64,000 nucleotides of DNA from Haliotis rufescens (GCF_023055435.1 NW_025963957.1:8246001-8310000); one strand, 5' to 3'; counted from the first letter of the stretch, positions 51,535 to 64,000 are shown. Notes: generated from the letters alone by a model not told the origin. Numbers and translations are program-made.

Positions 51535-52639
51535 AGTCGTTTGTATACCGAATTCAAGCGACATTACTCCAGTGTGATCCCATGCTTGTCAGGACAAATG
51601 GGATTTTTTATCATCTTTACATATTATCACTTTGATACAGACTTAGTTCCAGCTATCTAGGAATTCATCAAGATCCTGTAACTTAGTAACAGTGATCTAG
51701 GAATTCATCAAGACCTTTTGTCTGGTTACATCATTTTGTGAATGTCACTTGAACCAGTCGAGGATTCCGGACATGCATTCCAGTAGAGATCAAGAGCCAT
51801 CTTCTATGTAGAATAATTTCATCTTTTTCTATTCCATGTACAGGGACTGTAACATGAAGTTTGTACTTAGAATAAAAGAAGAATGTATTACATTCTTATG
51901 ATGTTTTGTCTCTGTTCATTGATGTAGCTGTGAGTTTTGTCAAACCACGATCAGGGGAAAAGCTCGAGGACCTTGTAAGGAGGTGTTTTTTATCCAACTT
52001 ATAAATCATCTAAATGTGAGAAATACCAGAAAAAAATAAGAAAACATCAACATACCTTATATTGAAACAATACAGTATGCGGCATAAAAGGAATTCGATC
52101 AAGGCGTGGGAGAGAAGAACCACATGCAGCTTGGACCAGCTGGAGTCATGACATGTAAAATTTAACAAGATATTTGGAAAACACGTTGTGGTTGCAGGTT
52201 TGATTCCCGTTATGACATCTTCATGTATTTTGTACAAAATTGTGTCTTTTAGAGAATCCAAAATAAAGATTGTGCACATATCAAGAGGCCAGTTTATGAA
52301 AAGTCATTTGTAACCTAGGTGTTACAATTGAACCGCAAAACCTTAAAGCATGTTTAGAAGTGACCTGTTTTAAAAACTTAGGTTTGGAAGATGAGCTGGT
52401 TACTTGGTTTATCAGAGGGTGTCAGGAACCTATTGTAATATAGGGGAACACAGTGGATTGTGCCGTCAAATTTCCATGACCTCTCCCAAACAGGCTGGAA
52501 GGGCAGCCTAGTGTAGAGGTAGCTTAGTGGTTTAAGAATTCACTTGTCACACAGGCATAACTTGTGCTAGTCACAACATGGAGGACATATTCGCAATCAC
52601 TCAAGTCATGGACAATTTGGAAGCCCATAATTCCTTCAT

Positions 52640-53098
52640 ATACCCTACGTCTATTACATCATAGCCATAAATACCTTTCAATACCCTATATCTATGACAT
52701 CATAGCCATAAATATCTTTCAAAACCCTATATCTATGACTTCATAGCCATAAATACTTTTCAAAACCCTATATCTATTACATCATAGCCATAAATACCTT
52801 GCACATACCCTAGATCTATTACATCATAGCCATAAATACCTTTTAATACCCAACATCTATTACATCATAGCCATAAATACCTTAGATCTATTACATCATA
52901 GCCATAAATACCTTTCAATACCCTACATCTATTACATCATAGCCATAAATACCTTGCAATACCCTACATCTATTACATCATAGCCATAAATACCTTGCAA
53001 TACCCTACATCTATTACATCATAGCCATAAATTCCTGTTTGGCTGGCAATACCCTATATCTATGACATCATAGCCATAAATTCCTGTTTGGCTGGCAA
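52640..53098. repeat. ~41 bp minisatellite
   Basis: ACCCTACATCTATTACATCATAGCCATAAATACCTTTCAAT. Confidence 0.9.
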
Positions 53099-53670
53099 TC
53101 ACACAAAAAAAACTATTTAGATTTTCAACAGACGCCCCCTTTACTGTCATCATATGTGATAGTTGTGAGGAAGACTCTATCCTCCACAGGAAATGCCGGA
53201 AGGGGGGAAAACGTCACTTCCATCAGAGTCCATATAATGTGGTCTCTGCTTCCATAGTGTGTGTCCAGATGTAAACAAGTCAAAATTGTTGATCACATCG
53301 TGACACGTTTGATTGCTGTTTTACATTCATTTTTGTAAACTTCACTAATATCATTAGTTAGACAAGACCAACAAGCGGAGAGCAGTCTACGACATATGAA
53401 GGGGGGGAGGGGGGGGTTAATAGAAGAAAGGACGTCGTGTGGGTCAGGTTGTTAGATACACGGTTGGTGGGAGAGGAAGCGTGCATCTTCATCGCCGATT
53501 GGTGATTGCTCCCGGTGCGGTAACGATCAAATCGCCGGGGATCAACATCCTAGATGCAAGAAGAGCACATGCATGCCAAAGTCGAGATGCAACGATTGCA
53601 AACAAATATCCAAAGATTAACAAACTATCCAAGGCATGTAATAAAATTTCTGACTCTTCTAGATCGTCAG

Positions 53671-53835
53671 GGGCGGTCGGGTAGCCCAGTGGTTAAAACG
53701 TTCGCTCGTCACGGCGAAGACCCGGGTTCGATTCCCGACATGGGTACAATGTGTGAAACCCATTTCTGGTGTCCCCCGCCGTGATATTGCTGGAATATTG
53801 CTAAAAGCGGCGTAAAACCATACTCACTCACTCAC
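53671..53835 (+). mobile_element. tRNA-derived SINE (family A), full length
   Basis: A box TAGCCCAGTGG, B box GGTTCGATTCC, (CACT)n tail, 13 bp TSD TCTAGATCGTCAG at 53658-53670 and 53836-53848. Confidence 0.9.
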
Positions 53836-54399
53836 TCTAGATCGTCAGCCTAAAAGACGAAAGTAGTTACAGCCAATGGTAATACGGACGTATGGATGGG
53901 AAAGTGTGAAACGCACCACAGAGAGACACCTGGTGACAAGTCAGTATGTCGACACCCAAGTCAGCATGAACCTGCTCCGTGTGGGATTCACACTCAGCTC
54001 TTTGCACCTGAACATGCAGGAGGACCTCTGGTCAACGTAGGTGTTGATGTCAACACAGCTTTTGCTCATGCAACTGAACCACCTACTACACCAAGCACAT
54101 CATTTCAACCTGGAGACGCCGAAGAGAAGTATGTTATCACCATCTACTACAGCCCCACAGGTCTTCCAACGGAGCTTGCAAGAAGTCAACGAAAAGGTCA
54201 TCAGGGCAACGAACCAGAGATATTTTCAAGACATGTGACGTAAGGGCGTGCCCCCGCCTCAAAGGAAAGATCTTCACGTTCAAAGTGTCTCCAAGAACAT
54301 GCAACCCTTCACGCAGCGTGGCAGAGATTGAAGCAGAGCCTTCAATCCTGTCGACCTTGACTCTCTCACTGACATCGTATCAAGACTACCGATACTCAA

Positions 54400-54750
54400 C
54401 TCAACGCCAACCGCAGGGCTAGTCGTAGATCGTCTGATTCAATACGCAGAGAAATGGGAAGCAATCACGGACGACGCCTGGCTGTCGGAGGTTATCAAAA
54501 TAGGGTACAAGCTCCACTTCCGACAAAGCCCAAGTCTTGAGATTCATCCAGTAGGACGCCGATTCCATATGACAGGGACCAAGTTAGCGAATCTGCAATA
54601 CACAAGCTTCTAGACAAGGGAGCCATCGGCGTATTAGAAGAGTTGATAGATACCACCTTCAGATTCTACTCACCAGTCTTCCTGGTTCCGAAGAAAAATA
54701 CATTGGAAATACGCACGATAAGTCTTGAAAGTACTCAACAAGGATTTCCT
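54400..54750 (+). mobile_element. DIRS1-like retrotransposon RT N-terminal remnant
   Basis: RLIQYAEKWEAITDDAWLSEVIKIGYKLHF, LLDKGAI and FYSPVFLVPKK, with frameshifts. Confidence 0.7.
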
Positions 54751-54949
54751 GTCGGCCGATCAGATCAAGTCACAGATCAAGTCACAGATCAAGTCACAGA
54801 TCAAGTCACATATCAAGCAGAAAAAAGTCTTCCTCATCCAAATAAAAGCGACAAAACCCTTTCCATATTGATAAGAAATCTCCGCCAAGAGCAGATTGTA
54901 CGATTCCGAGTAGATCATGAACGTGTGTTTCTGAATCATGATCAAATAG

Positions 54950-55210
54950 TGTATATCGCCATTCGCGCCTTGTAAGGTATTACAATACTGTGTATAACGC
55001 TATCAGCGCCTTGTAAGGTATTACAATACTGTGTATAAAGCTATCAGTGCCTTGTGAGGTATTACAATACTTCGTATAACGCTATTGGCGCCTTGTAGGG
55101 AATAACAATACTGTGTATAACGCTATCAGTGCCTTTTGAGGTATTACAATACTGCGTATAACGCTATTGGCGCCTTCTAGGGAATAACAATACTGTGTAT
55201 AACGCTATTA
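54950..55210. repeat. 41 bp minisatellite (resumes at ~58920-58950 and 59137-59200)
   Basis: CTTGTAAGGTATTACAATACTGTGTATAACGCTATCAGCGC. Confidence 0.85.
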
Positions 55211-58200
55211 GTAGTGGTAGTTTATGCAGTAGTATGGCCACATGGCCTAAAGTTCAGTTTTACGTGACAATATAAATGGTCACGCGAGAGTTTGTAAATG
55301 AGAAACATGTTTCATGAACAGAGAAACAGATTTAAGGAGATGTACATTTCTAGTATTTAGCAAATTTACTATTGACTGAGTGCTGGGATAACTATAATGA
55401 GGTAAATACCTTATTCTAATACTTGAGTACTTGAGTAAAGATATTCTAAATTTTCAGAAATCTCTTCGTAGGTTTCGATCCTCTAGGTTATTGATGTAAG
55501 ATTCTGGTTCTCTGTAATGCGATAAAATAGTTACAATGTGTCATTGCATCATGCCAAGTCTGGATGTACATATCTGTTACTCGTTGTCTTAACATATACT
55601 GATGGAAATAAATAAGGGATCGCATAGTGTGTTTGGTCAATGAGTCCGAATGTTGTTATTTTGTGTGGCCGTTTTTCGGAAGTACATGGTCAACATCTCC
55701 AAAACGCAGGCTATCACCTATAGAAAGACATGCAGTGCACGTGTTTCAGTAGTTTTTCATGGCACAGTGGGGTATAAAGTCTTCTACTGTAAGACCGATC
55801 TCATTGACATCAACTGCGTGAAACATGCCAAGACAGTACATGTGTTTGAAGGAGAAATGGCAGGCAATCGGGATGGTGAGGTCAGGCCAGTTACTGCGAG
55901 AAATTGCAAGACACTTTCAGAAGTCCATCAGTGTCCTCTCACGACTGTGGAACCTCTGCAGGCAGACCGGCGATGTTGTCATGAGACGTGGGCGTGGGCG
56001 ACCAAAGAAAACTACAGCTCGTCAAGATCGTCAGATTCGGCTGATTTGTTTGAGGGATCGCTTTAAACCTGCCCCAAAAGTGAATGTCGAGTTCAGAGCT
56101 GTCACACATCTACGGTTAAGTGATCGCACAGTACGCAACAGTCGCCGTCCCGTGGTAGGAATCAGGATGACTCAAGAACACAAACGGCGAAGGTTACAGT
56201 GGGCAAGGCAGCATGGAGCCAGACAGCTGCATTCGTTGGCAATACACCATGTTCAGCGATGAGTCTCGTTTCAATATGGACAAAGCAGATGGCCGGACAC
56301 GTGTTTGGAGACGACGTAATGAACGATACCAAGCATGCACTGTCAAACAGCAAGACAGATACGGGGGTGGATCAATGATGGTCTGGGGTGGAATCACCTA
56401 CGACAACCGAACAGATTTGATTCGTGTGGATGGTCGTCTGACTGGTGTTCGTTACCGTGACGAAGTGTTACGCCCAGTGGTGCTTCCGTTGGCTAACAGA
56501 GTTGGGCGGTTGTTCGAGTATCAGCAGGACAATGCGAGGCCACATACTGCTCGTGTTTCAGCCGATTTTTTTAGGCAGAACCAGGTCGCTGTGCTTCCAA
56601 GGCCGGCTAAAAGTCCAGACGTTAACCCGATAGAACATTTATGGGACGTTCTTGGTCGTCGGATGCGAGATCGCATTAATCAACCTCGTAATCTGGACGA
56701 GATGTTTGACTGTTTAAGACAAGAGTAGCATAATGTTCCAAGGGCTACAATCCGGGCATTTATTCGGAGTATGCCAAGACGTTGTCAGGCTGTTGTGAGA
56801 GCTCGTGGTGGTCACAGGTCATACTGAAGAACTGAGATTAAGTCATTATTTACCATGTAGCTTTCATTTGATCAAGTGTTGTATTAAAATCTTATGTTTG
56901 CACCATCTATGCGATCCTTTATTTTATTCCATCAGTGTATAAGAATTGTTTATCTTCCCCGACGTCTTGTGCAATACATACACATGAAATCAACAAGAGA
57001 ATAGAAACTAGCGTATTTCTGATGGCCAAATTGTTTTTCCAATTTCATCCATCTTTTTTGCATACTATAACATTGCCGTGGATATCTGTACTTATTGGAT
57101 TAGATTATATCTAATCCAATATTTAACAACTCTCGTCAGAGTAGATATATACAGACAATGACGTCATGTCTCACCAAGGATAGCTTTGTGTAGCAGCAAA
57201 CTTTCCAACTCACAGAAATTTCTTGAAGTCGGCTGAGTGGACTTTTTCAATACTTTCTTGATATTTCATTTCCCATATTTCAGATGCATATACTAATATT
57301 GGTGAAATTTTAGAGTCAACTATTTTGCACGCACAAGAAAAGGATAACTTTTCATATTGTTGAAATAAATGAAATCGTCTCCAAGATATTTGTAGTAGGT
57401 TGTATTTTTCACCGGTTTACCAAGAATATCCCGTGCTTCATTTCGAGCGACGATACCCCTATTCCGAACAACAAGTACGTTGGTTTTTTCCAAATTTACT
57501 TCAAGTCCCCAATGTTGTAACACAATCAAGTCGCTGTAGGCCAATCACAGTATATGAAAATGTCACAACATCGTCCCCAAATAGAAGGAGCATCAAGTCT
57601 TCAATATTTGGTGAAATAAAAATGCAAAGATGTGTACATTTCTGTTACGAATTCATGTATGAAGAAGATAAACAATAGCAGACTTAAGATGCATCCTTGA
57701 CTAACTCCAGAAGATGTATGAAATGATGGGGTTGTCTCACTACATGTATTAATTTTCAAACAAGATTTACGGCACCGTACATGTTTTAGAATACTGTGTA
57801 ATTTTCCATAACACCCTTTCTGTAACAACAAAAATAAAAGTGTTTTCTTGGTACAACGTCAAATGTATTTTTAAAATCAATAACCGCACAAAAGAAACGT
57901 CTTTTTGGTCTGCACAGATATTTACTGCATATTGCTTGAAAAGTGAATACGTTGTCTGTTGTAGAATACTGTTCTCTGAAACCAGCTTGTGATTCAATCC
58001 ATGTTCTTAGTCACATTTAGTAGGAATAGTCCACGGTAGTTATTAGGATCCGCCTTACAACCTGAGTTAAACAAAGGTAAAATCATGCCGATATTCCGTG
58101 CTTCGGGGAAAACTCCATGATCCAGAATCTTATTAAATTGAAGTTTTAAGAATTCTGTAGGAATACCACCCACCCCGTTTTCCCATTCCTTAGATGTTCA

Positions 58201-58920
58201 ACTTCCTTAGTAATCTCTTCCTCGGTTGTCTCCGATGACAACATATCTGTTTTTAGGAGGTCAGCATCACATGCATCACCTTGACGGTTATCAACAGTCA
58301 TTTACTTGACCATCAAAATCTGTACACCCTTCATTTGAAAGACACTTGAAATAATTCTAAAACACAGACAGATGGATCCACAGTATAAGAATGCTTGTTT
58401 TTCGTAAAATATGTTTCACAATGTCCCAAAATGTTTTACAGTCATTGTTTTCCCCAGCATCATTAATAGCTTCACTTCTTTTCTCTTCGCGTTTAGATCT
58501 TTTATGTTTACAACACTCCTTGAAGTTTGTTTTTGCATGTAAGTATCTCTGTAAATTGTCCATACATTTGTATTTCCTGCATGTTTCTCGTTTAAGGACT
58601 TCGCACTGTTTCTCAAACCAGATAGGGTGTTGTAGCAAAATACGCCTCTTCTTGTTCTGAAGAAACATTTCACTGCCACAATACGAAAATATATCCGTGT
58701 GCCTACACGTAGCTGCATTTAAATCCCTTTCAACTAATCGTCTGTATTCCTCAAACACCTGTTCAGTAAGAGTACAACGTAGTAACTCCCAGAAGTTGGC
58801 TGCTTCACTTCCAAGAAGCTTATATATTATTGTGGGAATCAGTTGTAAAATATCGGTTGGTGGTGCTGATTGAAACGGCTGTAATACATCTTTAATGACA
58901 CATTTTAAGAGGCAAAGTAT
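55208..58920 (-). mobile_element. Decayed non-LTR retrotransposon ORF2 (CR1/L2-group-like), interrupted by the Tc1
   Basis: RT fragments DPNNYRG, SGVSQGCILS..LF..FI, LLFGDD, VNLEKT and YKYLG; C-terminal LRQRVTDMYIQTWHD continues on the far side of the Tc1. Confidence 0.8.
55597..56937 (+). mobile_element. Full-length but decayed Tc1-family (DD34E) DNA transposon
   Basis: ~31 bp imperfect TIRs (YACTGATGGAA..AAATAARGGATCGCATAG) with TA on both sides. Transposase 55825-56827 has GRGRPKKTT, FSDES, QQDNARPH and SPDVNPIEHLW (34 aa between D and E), a frameshift near 56220 and a premature TAG at 56726-56728. Confidence 0.95.
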
Positions 58921-58950
58921 GTGTATCACACTATTAGCGCCTTGTAAGGT

Positions 58951-59136
58951 TTTTTTGTTTGTTTGTTTGTTTGTTGTTTAACGCCGCACTCAGCAATATT
59001 CCAGCTTTATGACGGCGGTCTGTAAATAATCGAGTCTGAACAAGACATTCAAGTGTTTGACATCATGAGCATCGATCCACGCAATTGGGATACGATGGTA
59101 TGCATCCACCAAGTCAGCGAGCCTGACCACCCGATC
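58951..59136 (-). mobile_element. Family C copy, 5'-truncated
   Basis: (GTTT)n tail and family C body. Confidence 0.85.
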
Positions 59137-59450
59137 GCCTTGCAAGGACTTACAATAATGTGTATAACGCTATTAGCGCCTTGGAAGGATTACAACACTG
59201 CGAATAAGAATAACGAAAGAGTTTAATGACAATGACTGCACTTAGTTATATACAAGCACTTCATAGAAATCTAACACAGTTAAATAAACACAAGACACAA
59301 TAATATCCTCTGTTCAAGATATACAACAACGACTGAACTTGCAGTGAAGCAGTGACGCTGCCGCTGCGGTAGATGTTTGGGCCGATGTTCAGATGCAAGT
59401 GTGGTCAAGGAGGATTCTTCCAGGAGATGACGGGACTCTGCTGCCGTGTC

Positions 59451-59970
59451 TTCAGGAACATCTACTGACCACATCCGTGCAAGGCAACACCACCGCTCCG
59501 CCTTCAGGAACATCTACTGACCATATCCGTGCAAGGCAACACCACCGCTCCGCCTTCAGGAACATCTACTGACCACATCCGTGCAAGGCAACACCACCGC
59601 TCCGCTTTCAGGAACATCTACTGACCACATCCGTGCAAGGCAACACCACCGCTCCGCCTTCAGGAACATCTACTGACCACATCCGTGCAAGGCAACACCA
59701 CCGCTCCGCCTTCAAGAACATCTACTGACCACATCCGTGCAAGGCAACACCACCGCTCCGCCTTCAGGAACATCTACTGACCACATCCGTGAAAGGCAAC
59801 ACCACCGCTCCGCCTTCAGGAACATCTACTGACCACATCCGTGCAAGGCAACACCACCGCTCCGCCTTCAGGAACATCTACTGACCACATCCGTGCAAGG
59901 CAACATCACCGCTCCGCCTTCAGGAACATCTACTGACCACATCCGTGCAAGGCAACACCACTGCTCCACC
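59451..59970. repeat. 52 bp tandem repeat, ~10 units
   Basis: TTCAGGAACATCTACTGACCACATCCGTGCAAGGCAACACCACCGCTCCGCC. Confidence 0.95.
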
Positions 59971-60901
59971 AATCACGCCCAGTCTCTCTATTCTAATTTA
60001 CATATATTTGTTTTATCTAAACGAACATTATTAGTCAATGAAGCAATTTATACCTATTGAATTGTTTGAACTACGTAGGAATCCAATAAGATAAGCATTA
60101 CTTGTTCCCGGGTCCCTGTACTGCTGCTGGTGAGATCATCCCTGATGTGACACGGGCTATAGACACTACATACCATCTTCCCGAGTCAAGGGAGCGAACT
60201 GGCTATACACGTGGAAACTAGACATTTGGTGAGTTAACTCCCTTGCCTCGGGAAGATGGCCAGATGCATTCATCAGGTCAAGCACAGATACATGTACCAG
60301 GAATATAATAGCACCATGGTGGAGTAAATATCATCTATGTTCAATATATATAAAACAGTATATAGCTTTGGGTGCGAAGAATTATTACACTTTCCTGAGT
60401 ATATATTTTCATAAAGTCTATTCGTTCGTTTTTCTATTGTGATTGTAAGTGCACGTGCACCCCGGCCAGAACCACGTTAGTCCAGCCAGAGGCCAACACA
60501 CCCGGTATTATGCAAGATGTCTAAAGAGACAATGCCCTTTCGTTGAACTTTGCTTTCTTTATTTAAAATAACACACATAACCCACTCTCTCCGGGGCAAA
60601 ACTCATAAAGAATTCCCCCCGTCCATTAGATGAAGGTCTGAGGTATCAAAACAAGGTGACCGAAAGCACAGCGGTGACACATGCTAACATAACAGCCACA
60701 CTACCAACATAGTAAACACTCGAAATCATTTTCTTGTCGGCTACATTTCTTCAAATCAGTCATATTTTAAGTAAGTCAAATAAGAAAACGTCAAAACGTA
60801 AATATAAATATCCTATATTGGATGTATAAATAAATGTATCAGCTCTAACGGTGTAATAGAGTAACTCGCATAAGCAGATCCGTCCGCATTGTCAGCTTTG
60901 C

Positions 60902-61123
60902 NNNNNNNNNNNNNNNNNNNNNNNNNNNNNNNNNNNNNNNNNNNNNNNNNNNNNNNNNNNNNNNNNNNNNNNNNNNNNNNNNNNNNNNNNNNNNNNNNNN
61001 NNNNNNNNNNNNNNNNNNNNNNNNNNNNNNNNNNNNNNNNNNNNNNNNNNNNNNNNNNNNNNNNNNNNNNNNNNNNNNNNNNNNNNNNNNNNNNNNNNNN
61101 NNNNNNNNNNNNNNNNNNNNNNN
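60902..61123. other. Assembly gap (N run)
   Basis: Run of N. Confidence 1.
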
Positions 61124-61334
61124 GCCATTTCCCGGCTGCACGATGTCCTCGGTTCAGTGTAGTATGTCACCCGGTATCGGACTCTCCAGGGCGAATATTT
61201 CTAGTTTGGTTTACGCCGCTTGGTGTGACAGCGTTAGCAGAACTGCAGTTATAGGACAGCGCTTGGTGTGAATGTAACGGCATATTGGATGTACATATTC
61301 ATCACAGTTATATTAGAAGTATGGAAATAGGAAG

Positions 61335-64000
61335 TTAAGAGAGGATTAGCATCACCATGGCCAACAAACACAAAACAGGTGAAGAGGTGAACACTCCGGC
61401 GGCGCTGTCCTTGTCACGAGGGAATGAACCGGTGCCAGCATCGTCCCTGGAGTAGGTGTTCTTGAAGACGGCCCTGAAACATAGATAGGAACATTAGCTC
61501 GGGTATCAACGATGTCCTGACGACTGCCCTGAAACATTGATAGGAACAGTAGCTGTGGTATCAACGATGTCCTGACGACTGCCCTGAAACATTGATAGGA
61601 ACAGTAGCTGTGGTATCAACGATGTCCTGACGACGGCCCTGAAACATGGATAGGAACATTAGCTGTGGTATCAACGATGTCCTGACGACGGCCCTGAAAC
61701 ATGGATAGGAACAGTAGCTGTGGTATCAACGATGTCCTGGCGACGGCCCTGAAACATGGATAGGGACAGTAGCTGTGGTATCAACGATGTCCCGACGACG
61801 GCCCTGAAACATGGATAGGAACAGTAGCTGTGGTATCAACGATGTCCCGACGACGTCCCTGAAACATGGATAGGGACAGTAGCTGTGGTATCAACGATGT
61901 CCCGACGACGGCCCTGAAACATGGATAGGAACAGTAGCTGTGGTATCAACGATGTCCCGACGACGTCCCTGAAACATGGATAGGGACAGTAGCTGTGGTA
62001 TCAACGATGTCCCGACGACGTCCCTGAAACATGGATAGGAACAGTAGCTGTGGTATCAACGATGTCCTGACGACGTCCCTGAAACATGGATAGGAACAGT
62101 AGCTGTGGTATCAACGATGTCCTGACGACGGCCCTGAAACATGGATAGGAACATTAGCTGTGGTATCAACGATGTCCTGACGACGGCCCTGAAACATGGA
62201 TAGGAACAGTAGCTGTGGTATCAACGATGTCCTGGCGACGGCCCTGAAACATGGATAGGGACAGTAGCTGTGGTATCAACGATGTCCCGACGACGGCCCT
62301 GAAACATGGATAGGAACAGTAGCTGTGGTATCAACGATGTCCCGACGACGTCCCTGAAACATGGATAGGGACAGTAGCTGTGGTATCAACGATGTCCTGG
62401 CGACGGCCCTGAAACATGGATAGGAACAGTAGCTGTGGTATCAACGATGTCCCGACGACGTCCCTGAAACATGGATAGGGACAGTAGCTGTGGTATCAAC
62501 GATGTCCTGGCGACGGCCCTGAAACATGGATAGGAACAGTAGCTGTGGTATCAACGATGTCCCGACGACGTCCCTGAAACATGGATAGGGACAGTAGCTG
62601 TGGTATCAACGATGTCCTGGCGACGGCCCTGAAACATGGATAGGGACAGTAGCTGTGGTATCAACGATGTCAGTAGCTGTGGTATCAACGATGTAATAGG
62701 AAACACAGTGATAGGAAACATAAGTCTGCAAGAAGCGTCTGAAACGTGTTTGATATTCCGTTGTGGTATCGACTATGCATGTGGTATCATAGTTATGTCG
62801 TGGCAACCTGCTCTTCTGTTTTCGTCTGTGGTCTGACCGTACCTGTATCGTCTAATCATCTCCTTGATCCCCTCAGCGATCGTCTCCTCATCATCAAAGA
62901 AAGGTCTCACATCCACTGAGATCTCCACAATCAGGTTGTCCTTCAACGTCATGCCGGCTGACTTGCCCGTCATCGTGTACAGCTGGAACATTAGCAAAGA
63001 CATTGTCTATAGCACGACACCATAGGCATAGCCTCTAACCAGTGGGCAACAGACAACACCCACCCACTTATCCTCTAACCTAGCAGAGCGAAACAGACAA
63101 CACCCCTCCACATATCCTCTAACCTAGCAGAGAGTAACACACACCACCGACATATCATCAAACCTATCAGTGGGTAACATACACCACCCACCCACATATC
63201 CTCTAACCTATCAGTTTAGTAACACCCACCACCCACATATCCTCTAACCTATCAGTGGGTAACATACATCACACTACCAAATATCCTCTAACCTAGCACA
63301 GAGTAACAGAGAACACCCTTATATCCTCTAACCTATCAGGGAGTAAAATACACCACCCACATATCCTCTAACCTGGCAGAGAGTAACATACACCAAGAAC
63401 ACTCACATCCTCTAACCTAGCAGCGAGTAACATGAATCGAAGACCCACATATCCTCTAACCTATCAGTTGGTAAAATACATCACATAACCACATATCCTC
63501 TAACCTAGCACAGAGTAACAGACAACACCCACATATCCTCTAACCCCTCACGGAGTAACATACACCACCCACATATCCTCTAACCTGGCAGAGAGTAACA
63601 TACACAAACAACACTCATATCCTCTAAGCTAGCAGCGAGTAACATGAACCGAAGACATATCCTCTAACCTAGCACAGAACAACAGACAATATTCGACCAC
63701 ATAACCTCTAACCTAGCAGTGAGTAACATAAACCAACCACCCACATATCCTCTAACCTATCAGAGAGTAACGCACACCACACACATATCCTCTAACCTAT
63801 CATTGAGTAACATAAACACCCATCCACATATCCTCTAACCTAGCAGAGAGTAGCATATATGTTTCTCAAGGCTGATGTTCTGCAGTTGATGACGTACCAC
63901 GTTGTCGGCCTTGGAGTAGACGATGAGGAGAGTTTCGTTACAGTTGCCGGTCAGCTTCCATCGCTTTGTGAGGAGATAGGCGAACAGTCGGGCGTTCTTC
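61335..64000 (-). CDS. 3' part of a TPM-domain / MOLO-1-like protein gene with C-terminal GPI-anchor-like signal (5' end lies outside the window)
   Basis: Exons 64000-63898 (KNARLFAYLLTKRWKLTGNCNETLLIVYSKADNV|gtacgt), 62982-62843 (LYTMTGKSAGMTLKDNLIVEISVDVRPFFDDEETIAEGIKEMIRRY|gtacgg) and 61473-61335 (RAVFK...DSAAGVFTSSPVLCLLAMVMLILS*) join in phase. The W..G.C..LLI.YS..D..LYT.TG...L.D..I..I.....F......G pattern resembles the TPM/MOLO1 domain from recall; no search was run. Confidence 0.7.
61467..62694. repeat. 55 bp minisatellite containing the last-exon acceptor of the TPM-like gene
   Basis: CGACGGCCCTGAAACATGGATAGGAACAGTAGCTGTGGTATCAACGATGTCCYGA, ~22 units. Confidence 0.95.
63030..63856. 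repeat. Degenerate ~40-45 bp repeat
   Basis: CACATATCCTCTAACCTAGCAGAGAGTAACA.. variants. Confidence 0.85.

Noticed and set aside
53671-53745. Possible tRNA gene
   Set aside because: It is the head of a SINE with body, tail and TSD, and lacks a proper acceptor stem and terminator
55825-56827. Active or domesticated transposase
   Set aside because: Frameshift, apparent internal deletion near RTVRNSRRP, and a premature stop

Overview
This is eukaryotic, intron-rich genomic DNA. The SINE and HINE repeat families look gastropod or abalone-like, but the taxon is my inference. Three protein-coding genes can be built by hand from splice signals and protein motifs. (1) DONSON, minus strand, 10 coding exons at 42849-31064, about 609 aa; intron 8 is a U12-type minor-spliceosome intron. 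(2) MGST3, plus strand, 5 coding exons at 43272-49973, 144 aa, head-to-head with DONSON across 422 bp. (3) The last three exons of a TPM/MOLO-1-like gene on the minus strand (64000-61335), ending in a GPI-anchor-like signal. No coding exon was recognised in the left ~29 kb. Roughly a third of the window is unrelated 20-79 bp minisatellite arrays, and these explain all the long ORFs in the ORF track. Much of the rest is SINEs, HINE/DINE-1-like elements, MITEs, LINE and DIRS relics, and a decayed DD34E Tc1. The most unusual signals are two arrays whose unit contains a real splice site (about 24 copies of the DONSON exon 2 donor and about 22 copies of the TPM gene's last acceptor), and a SINE-like family with no Pol III boxes whose 5' head folds into a multi-stem pseudoknot with a compensatory change between copies.
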